Below are positions 26,740 to 39,034 of a stretch of DNA of 64,000 nt, piece after piece. Position numbers and translations under genes: made by a program. Each line of letters opens with the position of its first letter. Position 1 is the first letter of the stretch. This stretch comes from Nageia nagi (lineage: Eukaryota > Plantae > Pinophyta), in NCBI GenBank assembly GCA_050084985.1, contig JBITNC010000001.1, positions 145,018,001 to 145,082,000 on the forward strand. Reading direction: 5' to 3'. The notes below the pieces were generated by a model. That model saw only the letters and a list, made by a program, of their open reading frames with translations. It was not told where the DNA came from and made no database searches.

Positions 26740-27192
26740 TGTGGGGAATAAGATTAACACACTAAATCCCTAATATCCCAAGATTATAGAAAGTTCACTC
26801 TAAACATCAACTAACCAAGCATAGCACTATGATAATAATATCACAAATTCATTGACACAAGTGACACAAGTGATTATAATGGTTCCTCCCACAAGGGTGA
26901 GAGTAGTTCACTCTTAATGCTAGAATCCTTTACTTCTCAAGATAACTCTTACAATGCTAAGAAAAATGTGGGGAATAAGACTAACACATTAATTTCCTAA
27001 TATCCCAAGATTATAGAAAACTCACTCTAAACATCAACTAACCAAGCATAGCAGTATGATAACAATCTCACAAACTCATTCACACAAGTGACACAAGTGA
27101 TTATAGTGGTTCCTCCTACAAGGGTGAGAGTAGTCCATTCTAAATGCTAGAATTCTTCAATTCTCAAGGTAACTCTTACAATGCTAAGAAAC
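26740..27192. repeat. 227-bp tandem duplication at the PBS-proximal end of the 5' LTR of B
   Basis: TGTGGGGAATAAGA...TTACAATGCTAAGAAA starts at 26740 and again at 26967; the 3' LTR has one copy. Confidence 0.9.
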
Positions 27193-27343
27193 TCATCCTC
27201 TCCCTATCTTTTCTAAAAACTAAGAGCATTTCTTTACTACAAACTTTAGTTAATAACAATGAGATGAAGCCTTCTATTTATAGGAGAAATACACACTTTG
27301 GGTCACCCTAATATCCATGGTGCACACCAAGACCCAATGGACG

Positions 27344-27870
27344 AGTATTTAAGTGAATAAAGAATTAATGAGACTTGCCCCATATACAACGTGCTTGTAA
27401 GGCATGAGTATTTAAGTGAATAACATTAGGAAGGTTACATTCTTTCTAGATACCTAACATAATATGAATTGTACATTCTAACACAACTGCGTTGGCAAAC
27501 TAATCATGGACTTCAATTGTTCTTAGGAATAGCCATCTCTCTAATTCCTCACAGGCTGGTAGGATTTAGAGCTCTGATGCCATTGTAATGTACCCTTCTA
27601 GGGTTTAGTATTTAAGTGAATAAAGAATTAATGAGACTTGCCCCATATACAACGTGCTTGTAAGGCATGAGTATTTAAGTGAATAACATTAGGAAGGTTA
27701 CATTCTTTCTAGATACCTAACATAATATGAATTGTACATTCTAACACCAACTGCATTAGCAAACTAATCATGGACTTCAATTGTTCTTAGGAATAGCCAT
27801 CTCTCTAATTCCTCACAGGCTGGCAAGATTTAGAGCTCTGATACCATTGTAATGTACCCTTCTAGGGTTT
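27344..27870. repeat. ~263-bp tandem duplication spanning the B-LTR end, A leader, A PBS and A LTR start
   Basis: AGTATTTAAGTGAATAAAGAATT...TACCCTTCTAGGGTTT at 27344-27606 and 27607-27870. Confidence 0.92.
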
Positions 27871-27999
27871 ATGCTAAGCATGTACAATTACTCAATACAA
27901 TTCCATATTCATTCACAAAATGATATTTTGTAAATGCTTAACAATCATACAATAATGATCTCAAAACTGAATTATAATAATTGTTCCAACTCATCCATA

Positions 28000-29600
28000 G
28001 GGTTAGCATACCCTTTTTTTCTCAAATTGTCTAACTCCCGTTGAACTTGTCTTGCCATCTTCTCCAATGGCTGTCTTGAACATATAGATGCATACTATCC
28101 CAATTGTACTCGCTCTTTTCTTGAAGAGTGTAAGGTATGTTGTGGTATGGACTTCTCCGGCATCCTAGACTTTGCGATGGGAGGATAGCTAACAACTTTC
28201 TCCTGTGGCATCTTCCCCTTCTTTTTGGCTTTATCTTGCATTTGGATGCTAATCCTCCCTATTTCAGCTTCATTGCTCACATTCTTGAACAACTCTTCAT
28301 CTCCAAGAGGCTTATGGCGATATTCTCTCTTCCTTTCCTTCATGTAGAAAGCATGTATTCTGTGGTCAGGATCATAATGGTTAACCCCATCTATCTTTGT
28401 AAACCCATAACATTCAAGCTCTTCTTCCATGCTCTCCACATTCGTCCAGTAGCGACATTGATATTCTCCCACTACGATTGGCAAGTTGTTGGTGCCAAAC
28501 TTCTTATTCCATACATGTTTGTGCAAGTGCTTCAACTATCTCATCATCTCCATCAACATCAACCTATTGTTGACATATCGAGGCAACAAATATGGTGCTA
28601 CGATAGAGCCAAATATGCTGATATATGATGTGTTTGGATCCTGTAGGAAGAAATCACCATATCTCCTAAGAGCATTTTTTTTGGGGTTTGATATTTTTTG
28701 CATTGACATGTTGCCCTTTATATATTTGTATATCTCATAATCCCATCCATCATTCCTCATGAAGAAGCTACTCAACCTTCTCTCGATCTTCCACTCGGGG
28801 TGACATTGCCAAACTGGGTAAGTTCCTTTTCTTAGCATGTCTTCTCCACCAAAAGCCAATGATCTATCCTTGCCATCAAAATGCAAGTATATCAAATATG
28901 AGCTCATGCAGGATCTCATGACAGAATCCATGGGGAATAGCTAACTAGCAATTGTGTCATTGATGACCCTACTCTATTTGATTCTCTTCCCTCTACTTAT
29001 CATGATGATGAATCCAATGAACTCCTTCCAAAACTTGGAATCATCTTCCTTGCCTAGCACTCGGGACAACATGCTAATGATCTTGGACACTGTGGGGATG
29101 AACCATGTTCGCTTAGAATTGATCAACGGATTGCCCTTCAACTCTTCGTTCTCAATGAACATCTACTCTCTAATCTAATCACCTGACTTTGTGGTCTTCT
29201 AGTAGAGGGCAAGAGACTCCTCTTCGGTATATACATACTCGCCTTCTTTAGTCCATCAAAAAGCCTTCTTTACCCCTTATGCACTAAAATCCATGATCAC
29301 TTCTCCCTTTGTATTGTGAAGCACTCTCCCTTCCCAATTGCAATTCTTGCTCACTTTAACACATAGCTCCAGACATGGGACAACAAACGGTATGGCAGTA
29401 TCAGTAATCAACCTTGAGTAGAATAGGAGGTGATGCCTCAAAGCTTCTTTATTCAACTGAGAGACTCTTTTCAAACATCTTTACTAGATCAAAGTTTTGC
29501 CTATCAATGTCTCCAATGTTGGCGAGACTATACTTGGAGAAGTGAGCTCTTGGAAATAGGGCTTCGACTCTCAATGAACTCAAAGGCTAAACAATCTTCC
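28000..29600 (-). pseudogene. Decayed ~500-codon ORF, probably an accessory ORF of a large Gypsy-type element
   Basis: ORFs 29277-29474, 28974-29162, 28536-28931 and 28095-28535 share one frame, separated only by stops. No gag or pol motifs. Adjoins an element-like repeat array. Confidence 0.55.
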
Positions 29601-29839
29601 ATGCCCAACACCGAAATTTCCTAACTCTCGAATTCGTGCCCTAGGTTGCTTCTACTCTTCTCCCAATCAAGTACACACTTGTGGAAGAGCAAATGAAGTT
29701 GTGATGTGAAAATGAGCCCATGGTCCCCTTTAAATAGAAAAATTGGGGCAAGAATTTGACCCAGGTCGACCAGGACTGGGCCAAAAGAAATAACTTAAAT
29801 ATGATCCCTCCAATTCTGGCTGACCTTGTGATTTGTGCC

Positions 29840-30780
29840 ACCCTAAAATGTTGAAATTTCAAACTTTTTTGCCCATAATCCTGAACTAGAAACACCTCCA
29901 CCATGAGCGCATCTCTCCAAAAGTCACCATCCAGTATTTTTTTGTCATGCATTGGACCTGGAGACACCTCCACCTTGGGTGCGGTTCTCAAAAAGACAAA
30001 ATTTGGTCTTTTTTTCTCATGCATTGGACCTAGAAGCCTCTTCACCTTGGGCACACTCCTCAAAAAGAAAAAAAATTAGTTTTTTCTAAGTGATTCACTT
30101 TCATCCCTAGGCAACTTTGAACTTGTTTTGAGGTCTGGTCCCTCGTGGAGCTCTCCCAAGCTAGGTGCATTGCTCCAAAAAACATAATCCAATCTTTTTT
30201 TTTTCGCATGCGCTCAACCTAGGGACACTCCCCCTTGGGTGCACCTCTCAAAAAGACAAGATTTAGTCTTTTTATCTCATGCGCCAACCTCCTTGTGCAC
30301 TTTAAGTCATTTTGGGGTTTCCTGGAGCCATGCCTTGGCCAAATTTCTACCTCAAACTCATCAGGAAGGTCTCTCATGGTGGGCGCATCTCTCCAAAAGT
30401 CATATTCTGGTCTTTTTTCTTCATGTGCTTGTTCCTTGGGTGATCTTCATCTAGGAACATGTCTCCATAAGTCTTATTTTAGTCTTTTTTTTCCCATGTG
30501 TCAGTCCCTTGGGTGTTCCTCATTTGGGAACACTTGAGAAGAAGACTGAATTTTGGCATTTAGACATTTCTTTGGACACTTAGCTAATTTTTCGAGCTCT
30601 TGGATTTGTAACTTTCATCTCACTTAGCTAATTTTTCGAGCTCTTGGATTTGTAACTTTCATCTTGGCTCACCTCTTACACCTAGGTGCATTTCTCAAAA
30701 AGTCATATTTCAGTCTTTTTTTTGTGATGCGTCTAACCTCTAGACTCTCCTATTTTCCACACTTAGTCAATTTTTCAACT
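29840..30780. repeat. Degenerate tandem array (~75-bp units) including a perfect 44-bp duplication (30577-30664)
   Basis: Recurring CACCTTGGGTGC..CTCAAAAAGAC..TCTTTTTT..CATGC; CACTTAGCTAATTTTTCGAGCTCTTGGATTTGTAACTTTCATCT twice. Confidence 0.75.
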
Positions 30781-32507
30781 TATTAAAATTTGGGTTCACT
30801 TAATTATGAATTAGAGGAATGTATGATATTGGTCTCTTGATTGGGTTCGGGTGACCATTACAAGATGGGTGATGCTTTTAGCTTCCGGTGGGCATGACTT
30901 AGGAGTCCTCAAAATTGCAAATTTTGAGGCATGTTGTGGAGGCACAACACAAGGTTGTATGGTTGATTTTGTATTCCGGCTTTGAGGTTTAGATTTTACA
31001 CTATATACGTAATTAGGACAATCAACTTTATTATAGCCAATTTTGTGTTGCATGGAATGTTTTAAGAGATTATGATGTATAGGCACAATAGTAGTCAAAC
31101 TCATTGACTAATTGGAAAGTCAAGAAAAGGTTGAGCAACTTGCCCCCATTTGCAAGTCTTTTATTCTTTTAATAACTTGCAAGTAATGGTAAGTATGTTG
31201 GCAAGTAACTTGCCAAAAGCTCGCTAAAACATGTGAGCAATAAAAAGAAAACCCTGTTGCCTGCATAAAAAAAATAAAAAAAGAATGCAGGCTGAAGCCT
31301 ACCCACAGCAGTCTATGGTCGGGTGCAGGCTTCAGCTTGTTTATTTTTAATAATAAAAACATAATCTGTTTTAATTTTAAATAAAATAAAATTATTTACT
31401 TTAGTTTATTTTAGTACTTTTTAGATTTTATTTTATTTACAAAATAAAATGATTTATATGAAATATAATTTTCGAGGGTAATAAAAAATTTATTTAAAAA
31501 ATAAAAATATTAATTGTGTTTAATTATTTTATAATCTAAAAATTATATATTTTAGAAATAAAATATTATATAAAAAATATATATTTTGTGTGGTTTAACC
31601 TTAAAAAATATCTTAAAATAAAAAGAACTTATTATTATTATTATTTTGAATGCTATTTAAAATTTTATATGAGATGACTAAAAAAATATTTTTAATGTGA
31701 AAATATGTATATTGCAGGTTTTTTTGTCGAGTTTTTCATTGATTTTGAATTTTTCCCAAGTCAAATAGCTTGTCTAGTTTTTGATGAGTCCAAATCTCAC
31801 TCCTATGATATGCACCATTATAGTATATGTTTAAATATGACCTTTTCCCTATTAGATCTGGTATGTACATTGTTTTCCTTATATATTCATGTTTTGCCAT
31901 TTCCTAAATTTTGGGGGTCAAGGTTTTGAAACTTGTACCCCATTTCTACATTTCATGCAATAACTTGGGTGATGTCAAGAAAGATCCAAAAACAATTATC
32001 AATAGAAACAAGTGACTTATGGTTGGTGCCAGCATATCTCAAGTGGAAATGTTCTAATATTTTGATTTGGTATTGATATTTTTTCCCTCACCATTGTGTT
32101 AAAGTGTATAATAGTTTAACAAGGATTTTTAATCAAAGCCATGCATAAAGTAAAGACAAATGGATTATTCTCATAAGTGGAAAGCAATGATCAAATGTTG
32201 AACATCGTATCACTTTGTTCTTGTAGAATAAAATTTTACTTAAAATAAATTATGCAAATTGCAGACCTACTTGTGGTCAAGGTTCATCCAAATGTAAAAG
32301 GGAACTTTGGGTAATATATGGTGCACAAAATAAATAAAAAGCACCAAGAATTACTCGTAGTAACAACTCCTATCAACTTCTACTTAGAAGAGACAAAAGA
32401 TTTATTATATTGTATTATAGATCCCTATTGTGTAAACAATAGGTGAGAATAGAGAGATGACGTATTTGGTGGGTCTCATAAGTGCTATGGAAGATTGATT
32501 TGTAGAT

Positions 32508-32709
32508 CATAGAAGAAAAATACGGTTTTTTGAAAATACGGCCCGAGGCCAAATATGAAAAAAATGTCAAAAATGGCAGAAAAATACGCGAAAAAGGGGA
32601 AAAATAAGCCAAAAATACTAAAGAAGGTAAGTATTTTTAAAATACGGGACCCCTGAAAATAAGTGTTTAAAAGGAAAATACGCATTTAAACGGAGTTTTT
32701 TATTCTATG
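32508..32709. mobile_element. hAT-type MITE (202 bp)
   Basis: TIRs CATAGAAGAAAAA / TTTTTATTCTATG; 8-bp TSD TTGTAGAT / GTGTAGAT; repeated AAATACG(G) subterminal motifs. Confidence 0.85.
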
Positions 32710-33577
32710 GTGTAGATTTAGAGCATGATTGTGATATGAGTTGTTAAGATCTCATATGAGATGTGAGAATTGATAGGTGAGTCTATTGCCAAGCTTGTTG
32801 GTTGGTTGGTAGCATCAAAATTACAAGGGAGATTAGTGCTATTCCCCATATAATAAATGTGATATAGGTTGAGCTATTGACATGTGGCTCTTGGGCCAAT
32901 TCATCGAGATCAAATAAATGTAGATAGGATTAAGGTTTTAGACCATTTGGAATTAACAAACCAACTTTATAGAGTGATTTCATAATAATGATCTTTGTTG
33001 TGTAATGCTTGAATGGTAGTATGCAAGGGTAAAAATCAAAGCATATGCTTTCTTTAGAGTTAGATCAATGAAATTGCCAAATAGCTAGTGCTAGACAATA
33101 AATTATCTAAGGAGTGGGTATTTATACCAAGAGGAATGAAAATGAGGTAAAATGAATAGAAGTTAACACTTTTGAGACAAACTGCAAATCATGTGAGGTC
33201 AAAATAAAATTTGAAATTGGTCAGGAATACCAAAGTAACTATTAGCACTTCATGACTTGGAGCCTCGAATATGCCACATTCATAAGTTACATGGTGAAAT
33301 GGGGAGAACTATTACAGATCTGAGATGAAGCCATGGATAATCATGAAGGTTAATTTGGAGTATCAAATCACATATAAAGGAGAAGAAATAGGTCAATGAT
33401 CCTTGTCTTAGACTTTAGGGTATCTTCTTCTTCTTGATATTTGCAATGTTCTATAAATAATATTATAAATTTTTAGGTGTCTATAACAAGATTCAATTTA
33501 AATCCATTGCAGGACAAATTTTGTTTACTTCTAGTTAAAGTTGTCCATAACGAGCAAATGAGATTCATTTAAGGCAA

Positions 33578-33809
33578 TTTTTTTTTTTTTGATAATGATA
33601 AAAAGAGGGGTTTTTTTTATATTGGGTCACAAAACCAGTTTACAAAATTTTTATTCAGCCAATTACAACAATTGAAGCAGAAAAAAACTCAATACAAACA
33701 AAGCAGTAGCTACTTTCCACCCTTGAGAGTAGACAATGCCTGAACATCGAGCACATCATTCTCTTCCATTGTGTCGATTGCAGCATCTCCAATTGATGCC
33801 ACCTGTTCT
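33578..33809 (-). mobile_element. Short retroposed insertion (5'-truncated LINE end or SINE) with poly(A) tail
   Basis: T13 tract at 33578-33590; flanking direct repeats TTCATTTAAGGCAA / TTCATTAAGGCAA; interrupts the LINE RT relic. Confidence 0.75.
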
Positions 33810-35253
33810 TTCATTAAGGCAAGATTTGTCTTGGGCAAATTGATCATAATTTGAAATAGTTTGGTTTGGCATAGAAGACAAGTTAAATATTCATTCTGAA
33901 AACATATTTTGATAAAGCTTATTGTAACATTGAGTGGGATTTCATCTTGTACATCTTGAATCGTCCAGGTTTTGGAGTTGCTCTCATTAAATTGGTCAAA
34001 AGTTTCGTTGATAATGCTTTAACCAGAGTTTGACTCCAAGAGATTCTCTTAGACCTGATCTATTTATAATGTTCCAGTGGGAAAAGTTTTCTTTTGGCCC
34101 CGTACATTTATGTTGCAGTATCTAATACTATTAGATACCTTATAGAGGATGCTAGAAGTATAGATGAAATTAGTAGCAACATCAGCCTTTGTATCACAGA
34201 GTACATATCAACATCAACCTTTGACAAACAGGTGACTTACATAGTATCTCTATTCCTTATGTTGAGATGGGTGGGTGAATACTTCTTCTATAGTTTTGCA
34301 TAACTTTTCTTTCTTCCATAGCAAGCTGCTGCTTGACCCAGGGGGATAATATTTATACATTCAAAATTGTTCCAAAGGTGCTATCCTTGAATGATTACTT
34401 CGTTATATTACTGGTTAATACCTGTTTGAGTAGAAGATTGATTGTTTCCCTCTTATTTGCATTGACAAAATAGAATTGTTGGCATTTTACATTTTCTTAG
34501 TTTCCAAACCAGTTATTTAGAATTTTAACATCACAATTGGATTCTTAAATAAAACTAGCTTGGATAAAAGAAGATGCCCTATGACCAAGTTAAGCCCAAT
34601 TTGACTTACCTACTATCAATGCCAAAAAAATTATATAATGTGTCGTAGGCTATTTATAACAAGCTATATTCAACAGAAATGTTTGTTGTTAATTGAGTCT
34701 TATTAATAATGTTTCCCATATTTGAGAGGACTTTCCCCCTATTAGGTTCTAGACTTCTAGTTTCATTTTGATCCCTCAATTCCTCTCATTCCTTTATAAT
34801 TTAACCTATCGTTTACAAGTTACGACCAATTCCAATCTTGGGAGAGAACTTTATTAGACCCTTCTCCAAGATATTGCATCCTCATGCTTCGCCCTTCATT
34901 ATCCTTATCTGTCATGTCTCATGCATATTTTTTATATTCTTTTATCACACTCTTTTACAAGCATAGCTTTGATGCTTTGGTATGAGTGTACGAAAGGACA
35001 TTTAGTTAGCATGCTGTGTATGATGGAAACCCTTTACTTGTACTATTTTTGAAAGGGAATCACTTGAGCAGTTTGATATTTTAACTTTTAAGTATGCGTC
35101 TGATATTTTAAAAAGCAAAACTGAAAAAATCAGAATAATATGTTTTTGTGTTTAGTCCTTGTCACAGATGGTGACATCATGCTTGCTATTCTTGGATGTT
35201 TGTCTCCATGTGGTCATGATTATTAAGATCTATTAATGTTTTGTGGATTACAG

Positions 35254-35335
35254 TTTGATGGATATTCAAAAAGCTCGGAGTACTATGGATGTCCTCATGG
35301 AGATGTTGGATGCTTTAGATCCTAGAAACAAAGAG
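35254..35335 (+). CDS. TOL: TOM1-like protein exon (GAT N-terminus: LMDIQKARSTMDVLMEMLDALDPRNKE)
   Basis: TTACAG acceptor; GC-type donor GAG|GCAAGT (phase 0); strong resemblance to the TOL GAT helix IQxARxxMDVLxEMLxALDP. Confidence 0.92.
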
Positions 35336-37094
35336 GCAAGTTGTTACTAGAATGTGCATCTTATAAACTTTTCATATTCTTTCATCACTATCTTTATCAA
35401 TAAAAAATATGAAATAGTATGGATATTCCACGAAAGTGTCCATGTACAAAATCAGATATTGCTTCAAGGTGTCACTTGTGAGATGCTTATTTCTTATTAA
35501 ATTCTTCCTTTTATTTGTTTTTTCTTGATTATTTATGATATAAAGTTTTAAAAGTGAAACAAAATCTATATTTTCAAGTTATTATTTGTTAAAGTTTGTG
35601 ATGTTCTAAACAAGGATTTGAAAGCAATATCCAAAACAATAAATGAACTTCAATGAACAATGGGAAGATACACAAGTGAACTTAAAGATTCCGACATATT
35701 ATAAAGAATAAAATAACTTGAGAGAATTTAAATTGAGAACTTGTAGATGATTACAACATGTTTGTGTGATGCATTTGATTTGTTTGAAGTTTCCAAAATA
35801 AGAATCAAGATTCTCAAGGACACTACAATATTGGTGATTGAGCGAGGGTAATAACATGAGATACCTTTAACAAAAGGGCCCCAAAGTTGGGTTTATAACA
35901 CATATTTTAACATTAGCATTATTTAAGTGTTACATAGACTCACCTATGCCTTTTCGAGTTCTATATATTTATTCTAGATGGATTTGGTTAGTTTGATGGT
36001 TGTGTTACTTTTGAGAATCATTTTAAAAATAGATAGCATGGAGTTCAGGTTTGTACCCTATCTCTGTCTTGTATAAGCAGTCAGTGGTGGAACACATTTA
36101 TAGATTCATACTCTACTTGTATGAATATGATATTACTTGAGAAGTTTACATCTTGATTCCTTTTTGAATATACATTTTACCTACAGATGAAATGTTTCAA
36201 CTTATGGACATTAAATGAGAAATGTATTGATGTCAGCAAATACAAAATAAGCATAGAAGGGTTTATGTAAAGAATATAATGCTATCAAAAGTGTGAAAAC
36301 AGTTGATAAATTATTCCAATACAATAGGTCCAATAACACAAGGAAATAGAGTAATTTTACAAACTCAAAATTGAATGAGATGAGCAACTATAGAACCCTA
36401 ACGTAGGTGAGTGGGTATGAGAGAAGAGAGATGATCCGGTGGATCTTCTGCCATTTATGATTTTTTTATTTCCAAAAATATATATTACTGTTCATTCAAG
36501 AGCGCGTGAATGAATGGTGCAGAACTGCTACAAAGATTACTTCAATCCTGAACATAAGATTATTAATTATACCACAAGAAACCAAGATTCCAATAAAATA
36601 TGCAGATCACCTTATACCAGGTTAATTGTAAGATAAGACGTTATTAAAAAATCTAGTATCAGCCATCTTTTAAGTCTTGAACAGGGAATCGTGGAAGAGT
36701 CCAAATAGCAACTGAAACATATAAGAAGAACGATATTTTCTCTCCATTCTGCAGCAAGCCTATTGTTGGGCAGTTCCATTTAGCAATCAAAGCTGTACTT
36801 GTTTTGTGTGAAAAACAGAATGCAACTTAACTTATTGATGAATTACAATGTGAATGTCTAGGAGGTCTAGTTTGTTGACCAAACATGCACGAGAAGAAAA
36901 TAGACATGATTGTGTTGAATAGGTGCAGTACTTATATATCAGGTTTTCTAGTTCTTGAAAAGACATGGCATTTATAATTTTATATTGCAGAAGTTTTGAA
37001 TTCATGGCATTTACTGGGATCTATAGAAAAAATATAGAATGTTTTAAGCTGATTCATTCAAGCCATTGTTTATAATTCCTTGTTCATTGCGCAG

Positions 37095-37180
37095 GGTGTA
37101 AAAGATGAAATAATTATGGATCTCGTTGAACAATGCTCCTTTAACAAGCAACAGGCAATGCAACTAGTTGTCACAACTAC
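37095..37180 (+). CDS. TOL: TOM1-like protein exon (GAT: GVKDEIIMDLVEQCSFNKQQAMQLVVTT)
   Basis: GCGCAG acceptor and AC|GTACTA donor; DLVEQC motif; phases consistent. Confidence 0.92.
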
Positions 37181-37464
37181 GTACTAGCCTCTTTCCTCTC
37201 TATACTTTTTCTTATTATCAGTTCAGCTTAATGAAGTTTGATTTGATATTCAGTAATTCAATTCTTTCTTTCTGCATTGCCTATTTGAGAAACTTCGCAC
37301 CCCCGTGTAAACAATGTGACTGCAAATCACTCCAAAAAGATTTGAGTAAACACTTTTTCAGGCTTTTAGAATATTAGATTATAATTTATATTCATTGCAA
37401 GCTATGACTAGTAATCATTCTCTCATTTTGTGGCAGTTATGTATTATGGTTTTTTTCTCTGCAG

Positions 37465-37845
37465 AGATGAGGAACTTCTTTGTCAGGGTCTTGCATTGAA
37501 TGATGAGCTGCAGCATATTCTTGGAAAACATGATGCAATTGCTTGTGGATCTTATGAACCTTCTAAAGGCAAAACTGTTCCTGGACACCCTCCAGTGAAT
37601 ATTGGCAAGGAACAAAATGAGAAACATGATGCAATCGCTTCTGGATCTTATGAACCTTCTAAACGCATAACTGTTCCTGGACACCCTCCAGTGAATATTA
37701 ACAAGGAACAAAATGAGAAACATGATGCAATCGCTTCTGGATCTTATGATCCTTCTAAACGCATAACTGTTCCTGGACACACTCCAGTTAATATTGACCA
37801 GGAAGAAAATGATGCTGAAGACGATGTGGGACAGCTATTTCGTAG
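37465..37845 (+). CDS. TOL: TOM1-like protein exon (GAT end DEELLCQGLALNDELQHILGKHD, three 32-aa repeats, EENDAEDDVGQLFRR)
   Basis: CTGCAG acceptor and AG|GTATTT donor; 381 bp keeps phase 2; canonical GLALNDxLQ motif. Confidence 0.93.
37526..37813 (+). repeat. In-frame triplication of a 96-bp (32-aa) unit
   Basis: AAACATGATGCAAT starts at 37526, 37622 and 37718. Confidence 0.95.
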
Positions 37846-38304
37846 GTATTTATATATGCATGGAGTATTCTTATTAAAATATGGTTCCCCTATATCTCTT
37901 GATATTTTATATCTTTGAATCCCTAGATATAACTCGAAATGCTTGTTTATTCTATTAGTTTGTCACAAGGAAATCCATTTTAGTTATTTTTAAGAGCATC
38001 TTTTCACTATCCATCTCTTCTGTAAACTTGTTGGATTGTTGTGTAGAAAGTATATTCCATTTTTCTACATATTTAATTAAGTTACATTGAAAGGAGAAGC
38101 TCAAGAACACCATTTCCAAAAATAGATAGTTGAATTCAGTCTCAATCTCAAATCGAGACTGGTGGGACGATGTGATCCATTTATGCTTTTATAAGTATGA
38201 TTATGGGAAGACAAGTGTCATTTCTGCTGTCAGTATAATATTGTTTCCAAGTTTTAAGAATATGTTAAATAAGTTAGGTAACTGTGTGTTTTGGTGGCTT
38301 GTAG

Positions 38305-39034
38305 GTCTTCAAGAGTTCGTGCACAGCCTGAAGGTGAGAGAGGTATCAGGGTGAGAAAGCAGCCTCCTATTGAGCCTTCTCCACTTCCCCCCTCACCAGT
38401 AGTGAAGATCAGTACTCCACATCATAAGTCTCTGGGTGCTCAGGATCTTCTCAGTAATGATGCACATGAGTCGCTTTCTCCAGAAACTCTTCCAGAAGTT
38501 GGCCCGGTTCAATACGCACAACCCCCATCAGTTTTTCAGCGGCCTACTCTGAACAGGGAGTCAATGTCCCAAGGAATATCAGTAAGAGATCAACAACGTT
38601 CTTCATCCCAATTGCAGAATGACACGTCAAGTTCGGTAATCCCAACAATTCGGCATGATGGAAGCCAGAAACAGCCACGTAATCAAAGACCAAATGTACA
38701 TGCAAATAAAATGGATGAGAGAAAAAACAACAGTTCAGACGCACAGCAGATGGATCAGAGATATTGTGGAAAGTTAAATAACTTGAGTGTGCAAAGTAAT
38801 AAGATTCCTAGCCACATTCCAACTCCACAGATTGAAGATAGTCACCGAGGTCCTCAGATACATGAAAAAACTGATTTGCCTGCTATTCCCCCACCTCCAT
38901 CAAGGTATTTTGAAAGACAGAAATTTTTTCAGAAACAGAAGGCTTTGGCTTCTGGCCACTTTGGCCAGGCTTATAATGAGGATGCGAATAATGACTTGCA
39001 AAGAAGGATGCATGATCTTTCACTTGGTAATTGA
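38305..39034 (+). CDS. TOL: TOM1-like protein last coding exon (low-complexity tail with IPPPPSRYFERQKFFQKQ)
   Basis: TTGTAG acceptor; open to TGA at 39032-39034; the PPPPSxxxxRQxFF motif is typical of plant TOL C-termini. Confidence 0.88.

Larger units (their letters stand above)
32130..34200 (+). mobile_element. Highly degenerate L1 LINE ORF2 (RT region clearest at 33250-34200)
   Basis: Relics of ICNVL.II, KVVHNEQMRFI.G.RFVL, FDKAY and LAPYIYVAVSNTIRYLIEDAR lie in the order expected for LINE RT. Confidence 0.65.

Noticed and set aside
37415-37780. Antisense repeat ORF
   Set aside because: It is the shadow of the triplicated TOL exon.
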